Source: Candidatus Cloacimonadales bacterium (lineage in GTDB: Bacteria; Cloacimonadota; Cloacimonadia; Cloacimonadales; DAONDQ01). Taken from it: a stretch of DNA of 64,000 nt. A program made the translations under genes and the position numbers. Below the pieces are notes generated by a model. The model was given only the letters and a program-made list of their open reading frames with translations, ran no database searches and was not told where the DNA came from. Location: NCBI GenBank assembly GCA_963662275.1, contig OY759316.1, positions 3,520,001 through 3,584,000 on the forward strand. Reading direction: 5' to 3'. Within the stretch, counting starts at the first letter, position 1; each line of letters begins with the position of its first letter. Shown piece by piece: positions 9,092 through 19,604 of the stretch.

Positions 9092-11944
9092 ATGAGAAAT
9101 CTACTATTGAGAATGATTTTTATGACTATTCTGTTATTAGGAATTACCGCAATATCCGCAACAGTTATTACAATCGGGACAGGTACTTCGTATTCAAATC
9201 ACACTTTACCCTGGTGCAACTGGTATGGGTATATGCGCTGTGCTCAAATTTATAATGCAGCAGAAATTGGCGGAACCGGTACCATTACTACTTATGCAGT
9301 GAAGCCACAGGCAACTAATGCGACAGCAAACATTCCTATAAAAATCTATATGAAAATGACTACCGCAAGAGAACTGAGTAGTTCCGAATCCTATAATTCT
9401 CTTGCAACTGGGGCAACGCTTGTCTATACTGGTACAATTGCCAGCCTGACTGCCAGCACCTGGAACACGGTTACTTTAAACACATCCTTTAGTTATACAG
9501 GGAATAATCTGCTTGTAATAACTCAATCGAATGTTGGTGGGTCTGGTAATTATCCTTATGCTGCTTACTATTATTCGAATGCAGCAAATCAAAATTGGTA
9601 TAATGGTGTAGATTATACTCCCCCAACAGGAGGGGAAACAAATGATAATACCAACAGTAACCGTGTTAATATCCAGTTAGGAATAACCGGTTACTCTGTC
9701 TTTCCAGCAACAGATAGAACAATTGGAACTGGTACTGCATATGAAATGGGATATGAGCCCTGGGGCAGTTGGTATGGATATCAGCGTTGTGCTCAGATTT
9801 ATGCTTCTGCAGAAATTGGCGGAACCGGAATCATCACAAAGTATGCAGTGAAGCCACATGCAACTATATCTGCTGCATATATTCCGATCAAAATCTATAT
9901 GAAAATGACAACGGCAACAGAGCTTACCAGTTCCGAGACCTATAACGCACTGACAGCCGGGGCAACACTTGTTTATGACGGTACAATTGGCAGTTTGACT
10001 GCTGATATATGGAATCAAGTTATATTAGGCACATCCTTTAATTATACGGGGAATAACCTGCTTGTGATAACGGAATCAAATATTGGTGGATCTGGTATTT
10101 ATCCTTGGCCTACTTATTATTATACGACTGCTGCAAACAAAAATTGGTATTTTAAAGTGGATATGACTCCACCAACAGGGGGAGAAACAACAGGTACTGT
10201 AAATAGTGATCGTGTTAATATTCAATTGACCATGACAGGCTATACTGGATTTCCACCTGTTTTTAGTGTAGACCCCTCATCCATTTCATGGGGCAATGTG
10301 CTAGAGCATACGACCACATCTTATATTGATGTAACAGTAACCAATACAGGTTATAATACGTTGAACATCACAAGTGTTGGCTTGGGTGGAACTGACTCTG
10401 CGCGGTTCATTCTGGACATGAATTCCAACCCCACTCCCTGGGCATTAGCTGCAGGTGCATTTAAAACAGTGAAAGTAGCTTTCAACCCTCTTGCAGTTAC
10501 CGGTTATTCTGCCTATTTGCATTTTTGGGGGGATACGAAAGTCGTTCACGATATTCCTTTAACTGGAACAGGGATTCCTCCGGTTATCACTACTTTCCCG
10601 TATTTGGAAGGTTTCGAAGGAGCTTTCCCAGCGGATGGTTGGGCTAATACCGCACTTGTGGGTACTTTTGCCTGGGATCAGATGTCAGTGGGAATCGACC
10701 CAGTCTGTTCTCCTCATACAGGCTCATATATGGTACGTTACAATTCATATTCTGCTTCTAACGGCAGTATCGCGACTTTAGCAACACCTTCCATTACATT
10801 GCCTGGAGATAATTACGAGGTGTCTTTCTGGTTGTATCGGGATGGAGTAGCATATTCTGCCAATGCCGACGAAGTAGAGGTTTATTATAATACGGTTCAA
10901 AGCTTGGACGGTGCATCTATACTTGGAGTAGTCCACCGGACAATCGTCATGGACCCTGTCGTTTCTGCTGGTGGCTGGTACAGATACAGATTTGACTTCC
11001 CTAGTGGTTCTACAGGACCTAATAACTATATTATTCTTACAGGAGTAAGCGGATTTGGAAATAGTTTATTCCTGGATGATTTCGTAATACAAGAACAAAC
11101 CGTGATCACGTATTACCCATATATTCAGTCTTTTGATAGCGCAATTTTCCCACCTCCTGGCTGGGTAACTGTTAAAACTGACGGAACTGGTACTCCCGGA
11201 ACCTGGGATCGCCAGACTACTGGTGCAAATCCTAGCTGTTCTATATTCAATGGTGCTGGAATGGTTCGTTTTAACAGTTATGCTTATGCAGCCGGTACTA
11301 AAGGAATCTTAGCATCACCTCCACTCACATTAACAGCAAACGATTACCAAGTCGATTTCTGGTATTATCGTGATTCCATTGATTATTCTGATTTGCCAGA
11401 TTTGGTAAATGTTTATTTCAATACATCGCAAGATTTAAGCGGAACGCCTATCCTGCTGGGCACAGTACATCGTTCTGCTCTTTTATCTCCAGTTGTTGCA
11501 ACTGATGGCTGGTACCATTATACGTTTAATTTTCCAGGTTCTTCTGCTGGAGTTGGGAAATATGTCATTTTTGAAGGAGTCAGCGCATGGGGCAATAACA
11601 TATTCCTAGATCACATAACGATTCAAAAGCAACCAGCGACCCTCGAAGCACCGGCATACTTAATCGCTATTCGTGATGGTGAAAGTATTCAATTGAATTG
11701 GGCTGAAGTTTCAGGAGCAACCTCGTACAGAATCTACACATCCATTGATCCGTATGCTTCAGATTGGGGTTTACCTTTCGATGAAGTCTACTTTGGAACG
11801 TCGTATGTGGATGCACTATCCGCTCCCGGCATGTTCTACAAAGTAACAGCAGTTAATGGCAGTAAAAGAGAAAGCAACTTTAAACATCCTCTTCCTGCTC
11901 AGGAACCTGCAAATATCAGACATCGAAAGACAACATTAAAATGA
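9092..11944 (+). CDS. Secreted adhesin-like protein: duplicated N-terminal domain, Ig (choice-of-anchor D-like), two cleaved-adhesin-like domains, C-terminal Fn3-like module
   Basis: Signal peptide and GAGGAG RBS; two ~185-aa copies starting TIGTGT; PY.E.FEGAFP..GW and ..LDD adhesin motifs. Confidence 0.8.
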   Translation: MRNLLLRMIFMTILLLGITAISATVITIGTGTSYSNHTLPWCNWYGYMRCAQIYNAAEIGGTGTITTYAVKPQATNATANIPIKIYMKMTTARELSSSESYNSLATGATLVYTGTIASLTASTWNTVTLNTSFSYTGNNLLVITQSNVGGSGNYPYAAYYYSNAANQNWYNGVDYTPPTGGETNDNTNSNRVNIQLGITGYSVFPATDRTIGTGTAYEMGYEPWGSWYGYQRCAQIYASAEIGGTGIITKYAVKPHATISAAYIPIKIYMKMTTATELTSSETYNALTAGATLVYDGTIGSLTADIWNQVILGTSFNYTGNNLLVITESNIGGSGIYPWPTYYYTTAANKNWYFKVDMTPPTGGETTGTVNSDRVNIQLTMTGYTGFPPVFSVDPSSISWGNVLEHTTTSYIDVTVTNTGYNTLNITSVGLGGTDSARFILDMNSNPTPWALAAGAFKTVKVAFNPLAVTGYSAYLHFWGDTKVVHDIPLTGTGIPPVITTFPYLEGFEGAFPADGWANTALVGTFAWDQMSVGIDPVCSPHTGSYMVRYNSYSASNGSIATLATPSITLPGDNYEVSFWLYRDGVAYSANADEVEVYYNTVQSLDGASILGVVHRTIVMDPVVSAGGWYRYRFDFPSGSTGPNNYIILTGVSGFGNSLFLDDFVIQEQTVITYYPYIQSFDSAIFPPPGWVTVKTDGTGTPGTWDRQTTGANPSCSIFNGAGMVRFNSYAYAAGTKGILASPPLTLTANDYQVDFWYYRDSIDYSDLPDLVNVYFNTSQDLSGTPILLGTVHRSALLSPVVATDGWYHYTFNFPGSSAGVGKYVIFEGVSAWGNNIFLDHITIQKQPATLEAPAYLIAIRDGESIQLNWAEVSGATSYRIYTSIDPYASDWGLPFDEVYFGTSYVDALSAPGMFYKVTAVNGSKRESNFKHPLPAQEPANIRHRKTTLK

Positions 11945-11971
11945 CGTCTTAAAAAACAAATCAACTAATAA

Positions 11972-12000
11972 TAGGGCGGACTTAAAAGTCTGCCCTTTTA
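11972..12000 (+). terminator. Intrinsic terminator
   Basis: AGGGCGGAC-TTAAAA-GTCTGCCCT followed by a T-run. Confidence 0.7.
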
Positions 12001-12095
12001 ATTTCCTTTGATATTTTTATTGCCCCTCTAACTTCAATTGATTTTGTTTGACAGAATCTTGAAGTATCATATAGATATAATTTACAAGGTATAAT

Positions 12096-12704
12096 ATGAA
12101 AAAATTCATCAAGAAATCAGTTCTTTTGGCAGCAACAATGAGCATGTTAGCATTGGGTGCATGTAACCTTTTTGCCCCGCGAAAAGCTGAAAATCCTGAA
12201 ACGCCTACACCTTGGAATACTTTTTTTATCAATTCAACTCTGACAGTACAAAATCTAGTCTATAGTTATAATTATCAGCAAAATGCTTTGAAATTTGGTG
12301 ATATTTTAAGTACACATTTCACTTTTCACTTTGCTATCCAGGATGTGAAGGATTTTGGCACACTCAGTTATTGGAATGCCGATAATGAAAAGGAAATGTT
12401 GGTGAACTTGCATAAAAATCTCTCAAGTAAAAATGTTCAAATGATCCTTGAGCTTACTCCGCTCGCTGGACAACCTGATCAAATAGCTGCAGCTAATGCA
12501 TGGATTTATCGCAGTTATGAAATTCATATTATTGGGCAAACAAAAGATATCTCCATCTATAAAGGACGATGTGCATTGTTCTTAGAATCTGATAATGGCT
12601 TCTGGAAAATCAGGGATTGGTATGATTATCGTACTGAAACAGAGGATATACCTGATCCATCATGGGGACAACTAAAATATTACCAGGATAACTTGGATGT
12701 ATAA
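12096..12704 (+). CDS. Lipoprotein, hypothetical (NTF2-like fold suspected)
   Basis: Lipobox LGAC; C-terminal WKIRDWYD. Confidence 0.8.
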   Translation: MKKFIKKSVLLAATMSMLALGACNLFAPRKAENPETPTPWNTFFINSTLTVQNLVYSYNYQQNALKFGDILSTHFTFHFAIQDVKDFGTLSYWNADNEKEMLVNLHKNLSSKNVQMILELTPLAGQPDQIAAANAWIYRSYEIHIIGQTKDISIYKGRCALFLESDNGFWKIRDWYDYRTETEDIPDPSWGQLKYYQDNLDV

Positions 12705-13302
12705 GTATTTCATTCTAGTAACTTCAATTGTTGTAATCCTTCTTATGGGGTGTCAGAATATTTTTAGTCCAAAAACTCGTACTGATACAAGATCTGATGC
12801 ATATCCAAATACTTCTCCTGAACTTGTTCTTAAGAATCTTGAGATGGCTTATCGCCAAAAAGATATCGAATTATATAAGAAATGCCTGGATTCTGAGTCC
12901 TTTCGCTTTGAACTGATTTCCTCAGAAGTTGCTGAAATCAATGTCGGCGTAGATATTGATCATGACGGAATCACGGATAGTTGGTGGGGATACCAGAAAG
13001 AGATAGAATATAACACACATCTGTTTAAAGATGGTTCCACTGACCAGCAATACCCCTCACCGGATCAGATCTATCTGAATTTGAACATTCCACCACAGGA
13101 ACAATGGGAACTGGATAACCAAATCGGACATGAGGGTTGGGTTATCATCGAATGTCTGTTTGATTTAAGTTTATCTTTCAGATCGACTAACAGTGCATTA
13201 AATGCCAATGGCTCAGCTAGCTTTTATTTAAAGCCAATACTGGATACACATGGTATAAAACACTGGTTCATTTCCATCTGGCGTGATGAGTCGAATATCT
13301 GA
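12697..13302 (+). CDS. Lipoprotein, hypothetical, distantly similar to the upstream gene
   Basis: Lipobox LMGC-QNIFSP; C-terminal WFISIWRD; overlaps the upstream stop. Confidence 0.8.
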   Translation: MYKYFILVTSIVVILLMGCQNIFSPKTRTDTRSDAYPNTSPELVLKNLEMAYRQKDIELYKKCLDSESFRFELISSEVAEINVGVDIDHDGITDSWWGYQKEIEYNTHLFKDGSTDQQYPSPDQIYLNLNIPPQEQWELDNQIGHEGWVIIECLFDLSLSFRSTNSALNANGSASFYLKPILDTHGIKHWFISIWRDESNI

Positions 13303-13304
13303 TT

Positions 13305-13718
13305 ATGCAGCGTATTTTAGCTATTGATTACGGCACAAAACATATTGGTCTCGCTTTGACTGATCCCTTACAAATCATTGCTAAACCATATCAAACCATT
13401 CAGTTTCAATCTAATGCTTTGCTCATAAAATCAATATTACAGGTTATTAGTGAGCAAGATGTTGGTCTGGTGATTCTTGGTTTACCTTGGGGATCGGAAG
13501 GACAAGAAACAAAAAAAACACTTGAAGTAAAAAAGTTCGGTACATACTTGGAAATGCAGTTACCTGTGCCGATGGAATTTTGGGATGAACGTTTCAGCAC
13601 AGCAGAAGCAAATTCTGAATTAAAAAAAATGGGATATGATTTCATGAAAGCCAGGGAATTCGTAGACGCTGTTGCTGCCTCTCTGATTCTCAGATCATAT
13701 TTGGAAAATAGGAAATAA
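13305..13718 (+). CDS. ruvX: Putative pre-16S rRNA nuclease / Holliday junction resolvase RuvX (YqgF)
   Basis: RILAIDYGTKHIGLA, WDERFST, VDAVAA motifs. Confidence 0.95.
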   Translation: MQRILAIDYGTKHIGLALTDPLQIIAKPYQTIQFQSNALLIKSILQVISEQDVGLVILGLPWGSEGQETKKTLEVKKFGTYLEMQLPVPMEFWDERFSTAEANSELKKMGYDFMKAREFVDAVAASLILRSYLENRK

Positions 13719-13721
13719 CAT

Positions 13722-14795
13722 ATGAATTCATGGTTTCAAAGACTTGCCTTAAATTTAGGCTTTCTATACAAAGTTTTTCAAAAATTGAATCAACAAAGGC
13801 GAACTCTAATTATCATAGGGGTTCTAGTTTTTTTCATCATCGGCTATCAAGTATTTTCGATTCTTATACCAGCCCATGCAAGCGAGACTATTGTTACCAT
13901 TAAAAGTGGTGAAACAGCTACACAGATTGGAGAATATCTGGCTGAAAAGGGAATTATCAGGAGTGCTTTCTGGTTTAAGGTGTTAGCCCGAATCACACAT
14001 AGTGATCGGTATTTGAAACCTGGTAAATTTGTATTCGGTGGTTATACTAACTTATTTCAAACATTAGAAAAGATTCGAAGCGGAAAAAGTCTGACGTTAA
14101 CGATTACGATTCCTGAAGGATTATCAACTTATAAGACTTTTCAAATATTAGCTCGCAGTGGAATTGCCACCTTTGCAGAATTTGAAAAACTTAATTCAGA
14201 TTCCATATTTATTCGAACTCAAACAGGGCAATCATACACATCATTAGAAGGTTTTCTTTATCCTGAAACCTATAAATTCTCTTCCACGGTTACCGCAGAT
14301 TCAGTACTAGCAGAAATGGTAGAGGAATTCAAACATAAAACTGAATCAATTTTTGCCGAAAGTACACTGCAAAGCTCACAATCAATGTATCAAACTCTTA
14401 TTCTGGCTTCTATCGTAGAAAATGAAGCTGTTGTTCAAAATGAAAAACCTTTGATCGCAAGTGTTTATCTGAATCGTTTGCAGAAAAGCATGAAACTTGA
14501 ATCATGCCCAACCGTTGGCTATCTATTGGAAAAGCAAGGTATTCACAGGGAATATTTACTCTACAAAGACTTGGAAATTCCATCTCCTTATAATACATAT
14601 ATTAATCCTGGACTTCCTCCCACACCTATTTGCAGCCCTACAGACTCTTCCATTAAAGCAATATTGAACCCAGCCCGAACAAGTTATCTCTTCTTTTTTG
14701 CAGATAGAAAAGGGAATAATATCTTCTCCAATTCTTATGCAGAGCATTTACAGAAGCAGAAGCAGTTCAAACAATTACAGCGAATCAGAAACTAA
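13722..14795 (+). CDS. mltG: Endolytic transglycosylase MltG
   Basis: TIPEG, LEGFLYPETY, LASIVENE, SPYNTY..PGLPPTPI.SP motifs. Confidence 0.95.
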   Translation: MNSWFQRLALNLGFLYKVFQKLNQQRRTLIIIGVLVFFIIGYQVFSILIPAHASETIVTIKSGETATQIGEYLAEKGIIRSAFWFKVLARITHSDRYLKPGKFVFGGYTNLFQTLEKIRSGKSLTLTITIPEGLSTYKTFQILARSGIATFAEFEKLNSDSIFIRTQTGQSYTSLEGFLYPETYKFSSTVTADSVLAEMVEEFKHKTESIFAESTLQSSQSMYQTLILASIVENEAVVQNEKPLIASVYLNRLQKSMKLESCPTVGYLLEKQGIHREYLLYKDLEIPSPYNTYINPGLPPTPICSPTDSSIKAILNPARTSYLFFFADRKGNNIFSNSYAEHLQKQKQFKQLQRIRN

Positions 14796-14896
14796 GATTG
14801 TCTTCTATTAGAAATTAATCATTGACAATGAATATCACAATCGAGATTTTATAATCATTATTTTAGAACTTATATGCAAGAACATAAGGAGGAAAT

Positions 14897-15466
14897 ATGA
14901 AAATACTCAAAGTTAGTTTATTAGTATTTGCTATTGTATCCATTCTCTTTGTCATGGGTTGCGGTGGTGCACAACAAACCTCAAAAAGCAATTTCAAGGG
15001 TCCAAATAAGGTTTATTATCCCGACTGGTGGCAAACACAACCAAATCCTGAGTTTATCTGCACTTATGGCATGTCTACAAAAGTAAGTGAAAACATGTCT
15101 CGTGATGCAGCCTATTCTGATGCTATGTTACAAGCAGCACAATATGTTGAAGCAGCCGTACAGGGCATGGTAAAAAATTATGAAGAGGAAGCCGGTGTCA
15201 AAGATCCGCAAGTCCTGGCACTGACTAGCAAAGTTGTGAAAGTTGTATCGAACACCAAGTTCACGAAAGCTCAAGTGACAAAGCAGGAAACAATCATTAC
15301 TGAAGATAATCGCTACAAGACTTTTATCCAGGTAAGTATCCCCAAAAACACAATCGATAAGGAATTAGTGAACAATATTCGAAATGAAGAAGCGTTATAT
15401 AATCAGTTCAAAGCTTCTCAAGCTTTTGAAGAATTGGACAAACAGGTCGAGAAAGATAACAAATAA
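14897..15466 (+). CDS. Lipoprotein (LPP20-like)
   Basis: AGGAGG RBS, lipobox VMGC, PDWW motif, C-terminal KASQAFEELDK. Confidence 0.75.
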   Translation: MKILKVSLLVFAIVSILFVMGCGGAQQTSKSNFKGPNKVYYPDWWQTQPNPEFICTYGMSTKVSENMSRDAAYSDAMLQAAQYVEAAVQGMVKNYEEEAGVKDPQVLALTSKVVKVVSNTKFTKAQVTKQETIITEDNRYKTFIQVSIPKNTIDKELVNNIRNEEALYNQFKASQAFEELDKQVEKDNK

Positions 15467-15483
15467 GTCAAAGTTCTTTTTTG

Positions 15484-15511
15484 AAAACGGCACCATTTGG
15501 TGCCGTTTTTT
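15484..15511 (+). terminator. Intrinsic (possibly bidirectional) terminator
   Basis: AAAACGGCACCA-TT-TGGTGCCGTTTTTT between convergent genes. Confidence 0.8.
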
Positions 15512-15520
15512 ATTGAAAAA

Positions 15521-15597
15521 GTAGGGATAGACCCATGTGTCTATCCATTTAAAAAGCTATTGATATCGAGAGGATAGACACGTGGGTCTATCCCTAC
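15521..15597. repeat. GTAG-type REP doublet (REPIN)
   Basis: GTAGGGATAGACCCATGTGTCTATCC ... GGATAGACACGTGGGTCTATCCCTAC; 26-bp arms inverted with one mismatch. Confidence 0.85.
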
Positions 15598-15644
15598 ATC
15601 AGGACAAATCTGTATCCAGCAGGAACAGCGTCCTGCTCTACGTT

Positions 15645-18600
15645 CTAAAAATCTTCCCCAAGTGAAAAGTAGTAAACAGGTTTGGAATTAGTAATAAAAT
15701 CTGTTTTCCAGGCAACATCCCATTTCAATACAAAATAGCCTAAATTCATCCTCGGACCGAATCCAAATCCCATAACCAAATCGCGCAATCGTCCGTTTAC
15801 TATACCTCTAAAATCCTTATTATCATCCCAAACTGACCCCATATCGACAAACATACTTCCCCGTATTTGATTCAAGACAATGGGAACAGGAAAAGCCATA
15901 TTCAAATAATCTATCAAAGGAAAACGCATCTCAGCGCTTGTAAGAAACTTCTTACTTCCTTCTTTCTCAATATCATAACCCCTAACTCCTGTGAAACCAT
16001 TCAGATCAAAGTTCTCAGGGTTATTCCCTGTGCTGATACCAGCAATCAGACGTCCTGCAAGAGCATAACGCTTAGCAAAGAGCTGATAGGCACGTAAATC
16101 CGTATAATTTGTAATAAAGTCATTATCTTTTTCTGAGAGACTTTTCTGTACCTGGTAAAATCCTCTCCAGCCCAGTACAGGACCGGTTGGTCCATATTGA
16201 GTATTGTCCCATACAGCAGACACTGCGGGTGCATAAATTAAATCCTTCTCCAAGAAAGATGGTATGTTATGCCACGTAACATCTCCTATTTCGTCTACTT
16301 CCCCATAATCCCATGAAGACTGATGTTGATAAAGATAATGTTCAAAATCAAATCTCAGGAATTTGTTTATCGGATATCTTGTCAGAAAATATACACCGAT
16401 CTGATCGATTGGATTTCTCAAATAACTAACTGCATCAATCTCATAAATGGTTTCATCACGATATTTGAAAATACCGATTCCATAATCAATTCGATAGGGA
16501 AGATATAGGTAAGTAATTACAAAATTGGTATCCCTTAACTTTCCAGTAACACCCAATTGTATGCTCATTGCATTATTACCCATTAGATCACTCATGCTTA
16601 AGATCAATTGTCCAATCGTACCAGCAGATGTGGAATATGCAGCTCCTCCCCACAATTGATCTACGAAGAACTTCAGCTTATAATCCATGATCTTAGGTAC
16701 TAATATGGAATCAGGCATAATATCAATTTTTAAGTTATTGCTTTTCGCTGTGCTATCATTATATACTGCATTTCCAAAATTCATGACATAGCTGTTAGGA
16801 TGAGAAGGTTGGAAAAACTCTTTTTGAAACTTCCTTTCTCTTTTCCCAAAATATGCATATCTATCCATGTGGAATCTTGTTAAAAAGTCATTATCTAAGG
16901 TAACCGGTATTGGCATATGATATGATTTCCAGGAAAGATTCAGTAAAGGATTCTGCTTTGTGTACAGATCCCACCCATTATCAAAGAAACTTGCATAGAC
17001 CAGAGTCTCGTTATTTTTATCTAGATCGCCGGTTAATGTACCACTGAGTATTTGAGTTACCGGAGCTTTTTGCCCGGAATTGATATCAATGGCAAAGAAA
17101 TTGGATATACCATTGTCTTGCGAAACATAGATGATTTGAGTACCTGAACTATCCCACATAGGTGCATTGGCATCCAGGGAATCATCTGTAACTTGGTAGA
17201 ATTGACTATTATTCAAGTCAATATAATAGATTTCACTAACCAATCCTGAGAAAAGTCCCTTACGATAGTATTCATTCTTCAATGATCTTTCTGAAACAAA
17301 TGCAATCTTGGAACCATCTGGGGAAAATCTGGGTTGTTTATCATCGTATTGATCAGATGTTAAACTTTTAACTTCCCTGGATTGAATATCAAACACATAC
17401 AAATCAGTTTGAAATCCCTTTTGTCCACTAATAGCTATTGTCTTTCCATCTGGAGAAATATCGATTTCATAGATGACACTGATTCCAGGTACCTGGATGG
17501 TATCCAAGATTTTACCGTTATCTGACCGGACGATATATATCTTATCACCATTTACAGTTTTTGAGACAAAGGCAAAACGTAAAGAATCAGGAAACCAAGC
17601 TATATTGTTTCGCTGATAATGAAATTCTTCAAACTTCCCGGTTGCTTCACCGGTTATTAACTTCTTTTTCGTCTTTTCTCCAGTCAGATTCTTTCGCCAA
17701 ATATTAAAGCGCAAATCCCGATTTGAAAAATATAATACAAACTGACCATTCGGAGAAATACGCGGCATTTCATTGAAGTATGAACCGTCCGCTTTATGAT
17801 CTGTGATTCTTTCAGAGCCTTCGTAAGGAATTTGATAATTACTGATATAAGGATAATAATCACGTTTCAATTCATTTTTCCAACGTAATCCCAGTTCCTT
17901 GAATTTCATACCGAATATCTTTTCTGTTGTCTTATCAAGATTATTAGTAGCCCGTATAGAATAGAAGAACTCCATGACTTTCTGCTTACCGTATTTCTTT
18001 CTCAGGAAAGCCAGAAACGACTCACCTTCTCTATAAGCATAATAACCATCAACATTATCTAATGATTCCAGGTAGTCATTCATGATCATATCCAACACAA
18101 ACATGTTATTATAAACATCCGTACCACCAATTGCTTCATATTCAGGCATACCCTCAGCAAACCAGAACGGAAAGGAAAAATTTCCTACATTGAAAAAACG
18201 ATTCGAAGCATAACCTGAGTCCAAAGCATTGATATATGCATGAGTCAGTTCATGTGTAAGAACTTCCTCCAACTTCTTGTAACTACCATCGAATGGAATA
18301 ACAACTCTATTTTGAAGTGATTCTGTAAAACCACCTACTCCTTCGCTGAGAAGTGGATAAATTACATTTGTAGTCTGAAACTGAGCATGGGTTTCATAAA
18401 AAATGATGGGAAATCTGATGACTAGGGGAGATTTGAAATCATCTTTCAAATAATAATAAGCATCTTCAGCCATTAATACCGCATTCTTACCAAACTCATC
18501 CATTCCTTTCGGGTAATAGATATCAAAATGCATTGACTGGATGACAGACCACTCTTCTTTTACAGGTTGAACCTTGTTCTGACCATAATAATAAGCAGAT

Positions 18601-18653
18601 AGGAAAACAGAAGACAATAGGAGTATAACACTGAAGAAATATTTCATAATCAC
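15645..18653 (-). CDS. Omp85/BamA-TamA-family outer membrane protein with an N-terminal gluzincin-like domain and a TolB-like (PD40) propeller
   Basis: HELTH and WFAEG motifs; SPDG repeats; VRGY, SAEMRFP, F.D.G motifs; terminal GEDF. Confidence 0.85.
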   Translation of the reverse strand: MIMKYFFSVILLLSSVFLSAYYYGQNKVQPVKEEWSVIQSMHFDIYYPKGMDEFGKNAVLMAEDAYYYLKDDFKSPLVIRFPIIFYETHAQFQTTNVIYPLLSEGVGGFTESLQNRVVIPFDGSYKKLEEVLTHELTHAYINALDSGYASNRFFNVGNFSFPFWFAEGMPEYEAIGGTDVYNNMFVLDMIMNDYLESLDNVDGYYAYREGESFLAFLRKKYGKQKVMEFFYSIRATNNLDKTTEKIFGMKFKELGLRWKNELKRDYYPYISNYQIPYEGSERITDHKADGSYFNEMPRISPNGQFVLYFSNRDLRFNIWRKNLTGEKTKKKLITGEATGKFEEFHYQRNNIAWFPDSLRFAFVSKTVNGDKIYIVRSDNGKILDTIQVPGISVIYEIDISPDGKTIAISGQKGFQTDLYVFDIQSREVKSLTSDQYDDKQPRFSPDGSKIAFVSERSLKNEYYRKGLFSGLVSEIYYIDLNNSQFYQVTDDSLDANAPMWDSSGTQIIYVSQDNGISNFFAIDINSGQKAPVTQILSGTLTGDLDKNNETLVYASFFDNGWDLYTKQNPLLNLSWKSYHMPIPVTLDNDFLTRFHMDRYAYFGKRERKFQKEFFQPSHPNSYVMNFGNAVYNDSTAKSNNLKIDIMPDSILVPKIMDYKLKFFVDQLWGGAAYSTSAGTIGQLILSMSDLMGNNAMSIQLGVTGKLRDTNFVITYLYLPYRIDYGIGIFKYRDETIYEIDAVSYLRNPIDQIGVYFLTRYPINKFLRFDFEHYLYQHQSSWDYGEVDEIGDVTWHNIPSFLEKDLIYAPAVSAVWDNTQYGPTGPVLGWRGFYQVQKSLSEKDNDFITNYTDLRAYQLFAKRYALAGRLIAGISTGNNPENFDLNGFTGVRGYDIEKEGSKKFLTSAEMRFPLIDYLNMAFPVPIVLNQIRGSMFVDMGSVWDDNKDFRGIVNGRLRDLVMGFGFGPRMNLGYFVLKWDVAWKTDFITNSKPVYYFSLGEDF

Positions 18654-18656
18654 CTG

Positions 18657-19565
18657 CTAAAACACTTTTACTTTAAAGTAACGGGAAGGGTGCGCTTTCA
18701 CATCCTGGAGCAATGAATCAACTTGCTGGGTCGTTTTTAGCAGAGCTTTGTAGAATTCTTTATCATTCATCAAGCGTTGCACTGAACCGTCACCAGTATT
18801 TAATCTATCACTGATCTGGGCAAAATTAGTCGTGATTTTTTCAAGAGAACTTAAATTCTTGTTCATCTTATCAAGTACTTCAGGTGCCAAAGAAAGAGAT
18901 TTATTAATGGAAGTCTTATTTTGATCAATCAAGGTTGATAATTCCCTGCTTGTCTTGAGTAAATTCTGCATGACAATTGTCACATTCTCTGAATTCTTGA
19001 GAATGACATCATTAGCGTTTGCAACTACTTTCTCAGAGCTAGACACAGTGGATTCTATATTGGAAAATAAGCCATTTTGTTTGGAAAATCTTGATACCAG
19101 ATCATCCATGATAACTATTGTCTCATTGAGATTACTAACCAGATCCATTAATCCAGAACTGTCATCTCCAGCTTGAATTTGAGCCAGATTAATCAGTTTC
19201 ATTCCTGTACCAGGCATGATCTCTAATTGCCTCTTCCCCATTAGATCACCTTCGCGAACAGTGTAATGAGTACCTTCTCTCAGCGGTTGTTTTAATTTCA
19301 CTAATGCTACGACTAATACATGATCTTCTTCTACTTCCAGAGATTTCACACGTCCCTTTTCCACTCCCCGAATGGTTACAGCATCTCCGGGTTGTAGGTC
19401 ATTAGCATCAGAAAAGCTGATCTTTAATTGGGAATACTGTTTATATGAAAAATAATCCTTGAGCCATGAATAACCCAAAGCAACAGATAGTAGCGCAATT
19501 ACGGCTATAATTCCCACTTTGATTTCGTAATTTTTTTTGTGTGGATAAAACTGTTCCATGATCAT
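18657..19565 (-). CDS. MCE/MlaD-family protein
   Basis: EIKVG TM anchor, F.DANDL..GD.V.I.GV..G.V, coiled coil, C-terminal D.K.HP.RYF. Confidence 0.9.
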   Translation of the reverse strand: MIMEQFYPHKKNYEIKVGIIAVIALLSVALGYSWLKDYFSYKQYSQLKISFSDANDLQPGDAVTIRGVEKGRVKSLEVEEDHVLVVALVKLKQPLREGTHYTVREGDLMGKRQLEIMPGTGMKLINLAQIQAGDDSSGLMDLVSNLNETIVIMDDLVSRFSKQNGLFSNIESTVSSSEKVVANANDVILKNSENVTIVMQNLLKTSRELSTLIDQNKTSINKSLSLAPEVLDKMNKNLSSLEKITTNFAQISDRLNTGDGSVQRLMNDKEFYKALLKTTQQVDSLLQDVKAHPSRYFKVKVF

Positions 19566-19604
19566 CCTATTATACTTAGATTATGAAGATACTGATTCGC
19601 CTAC

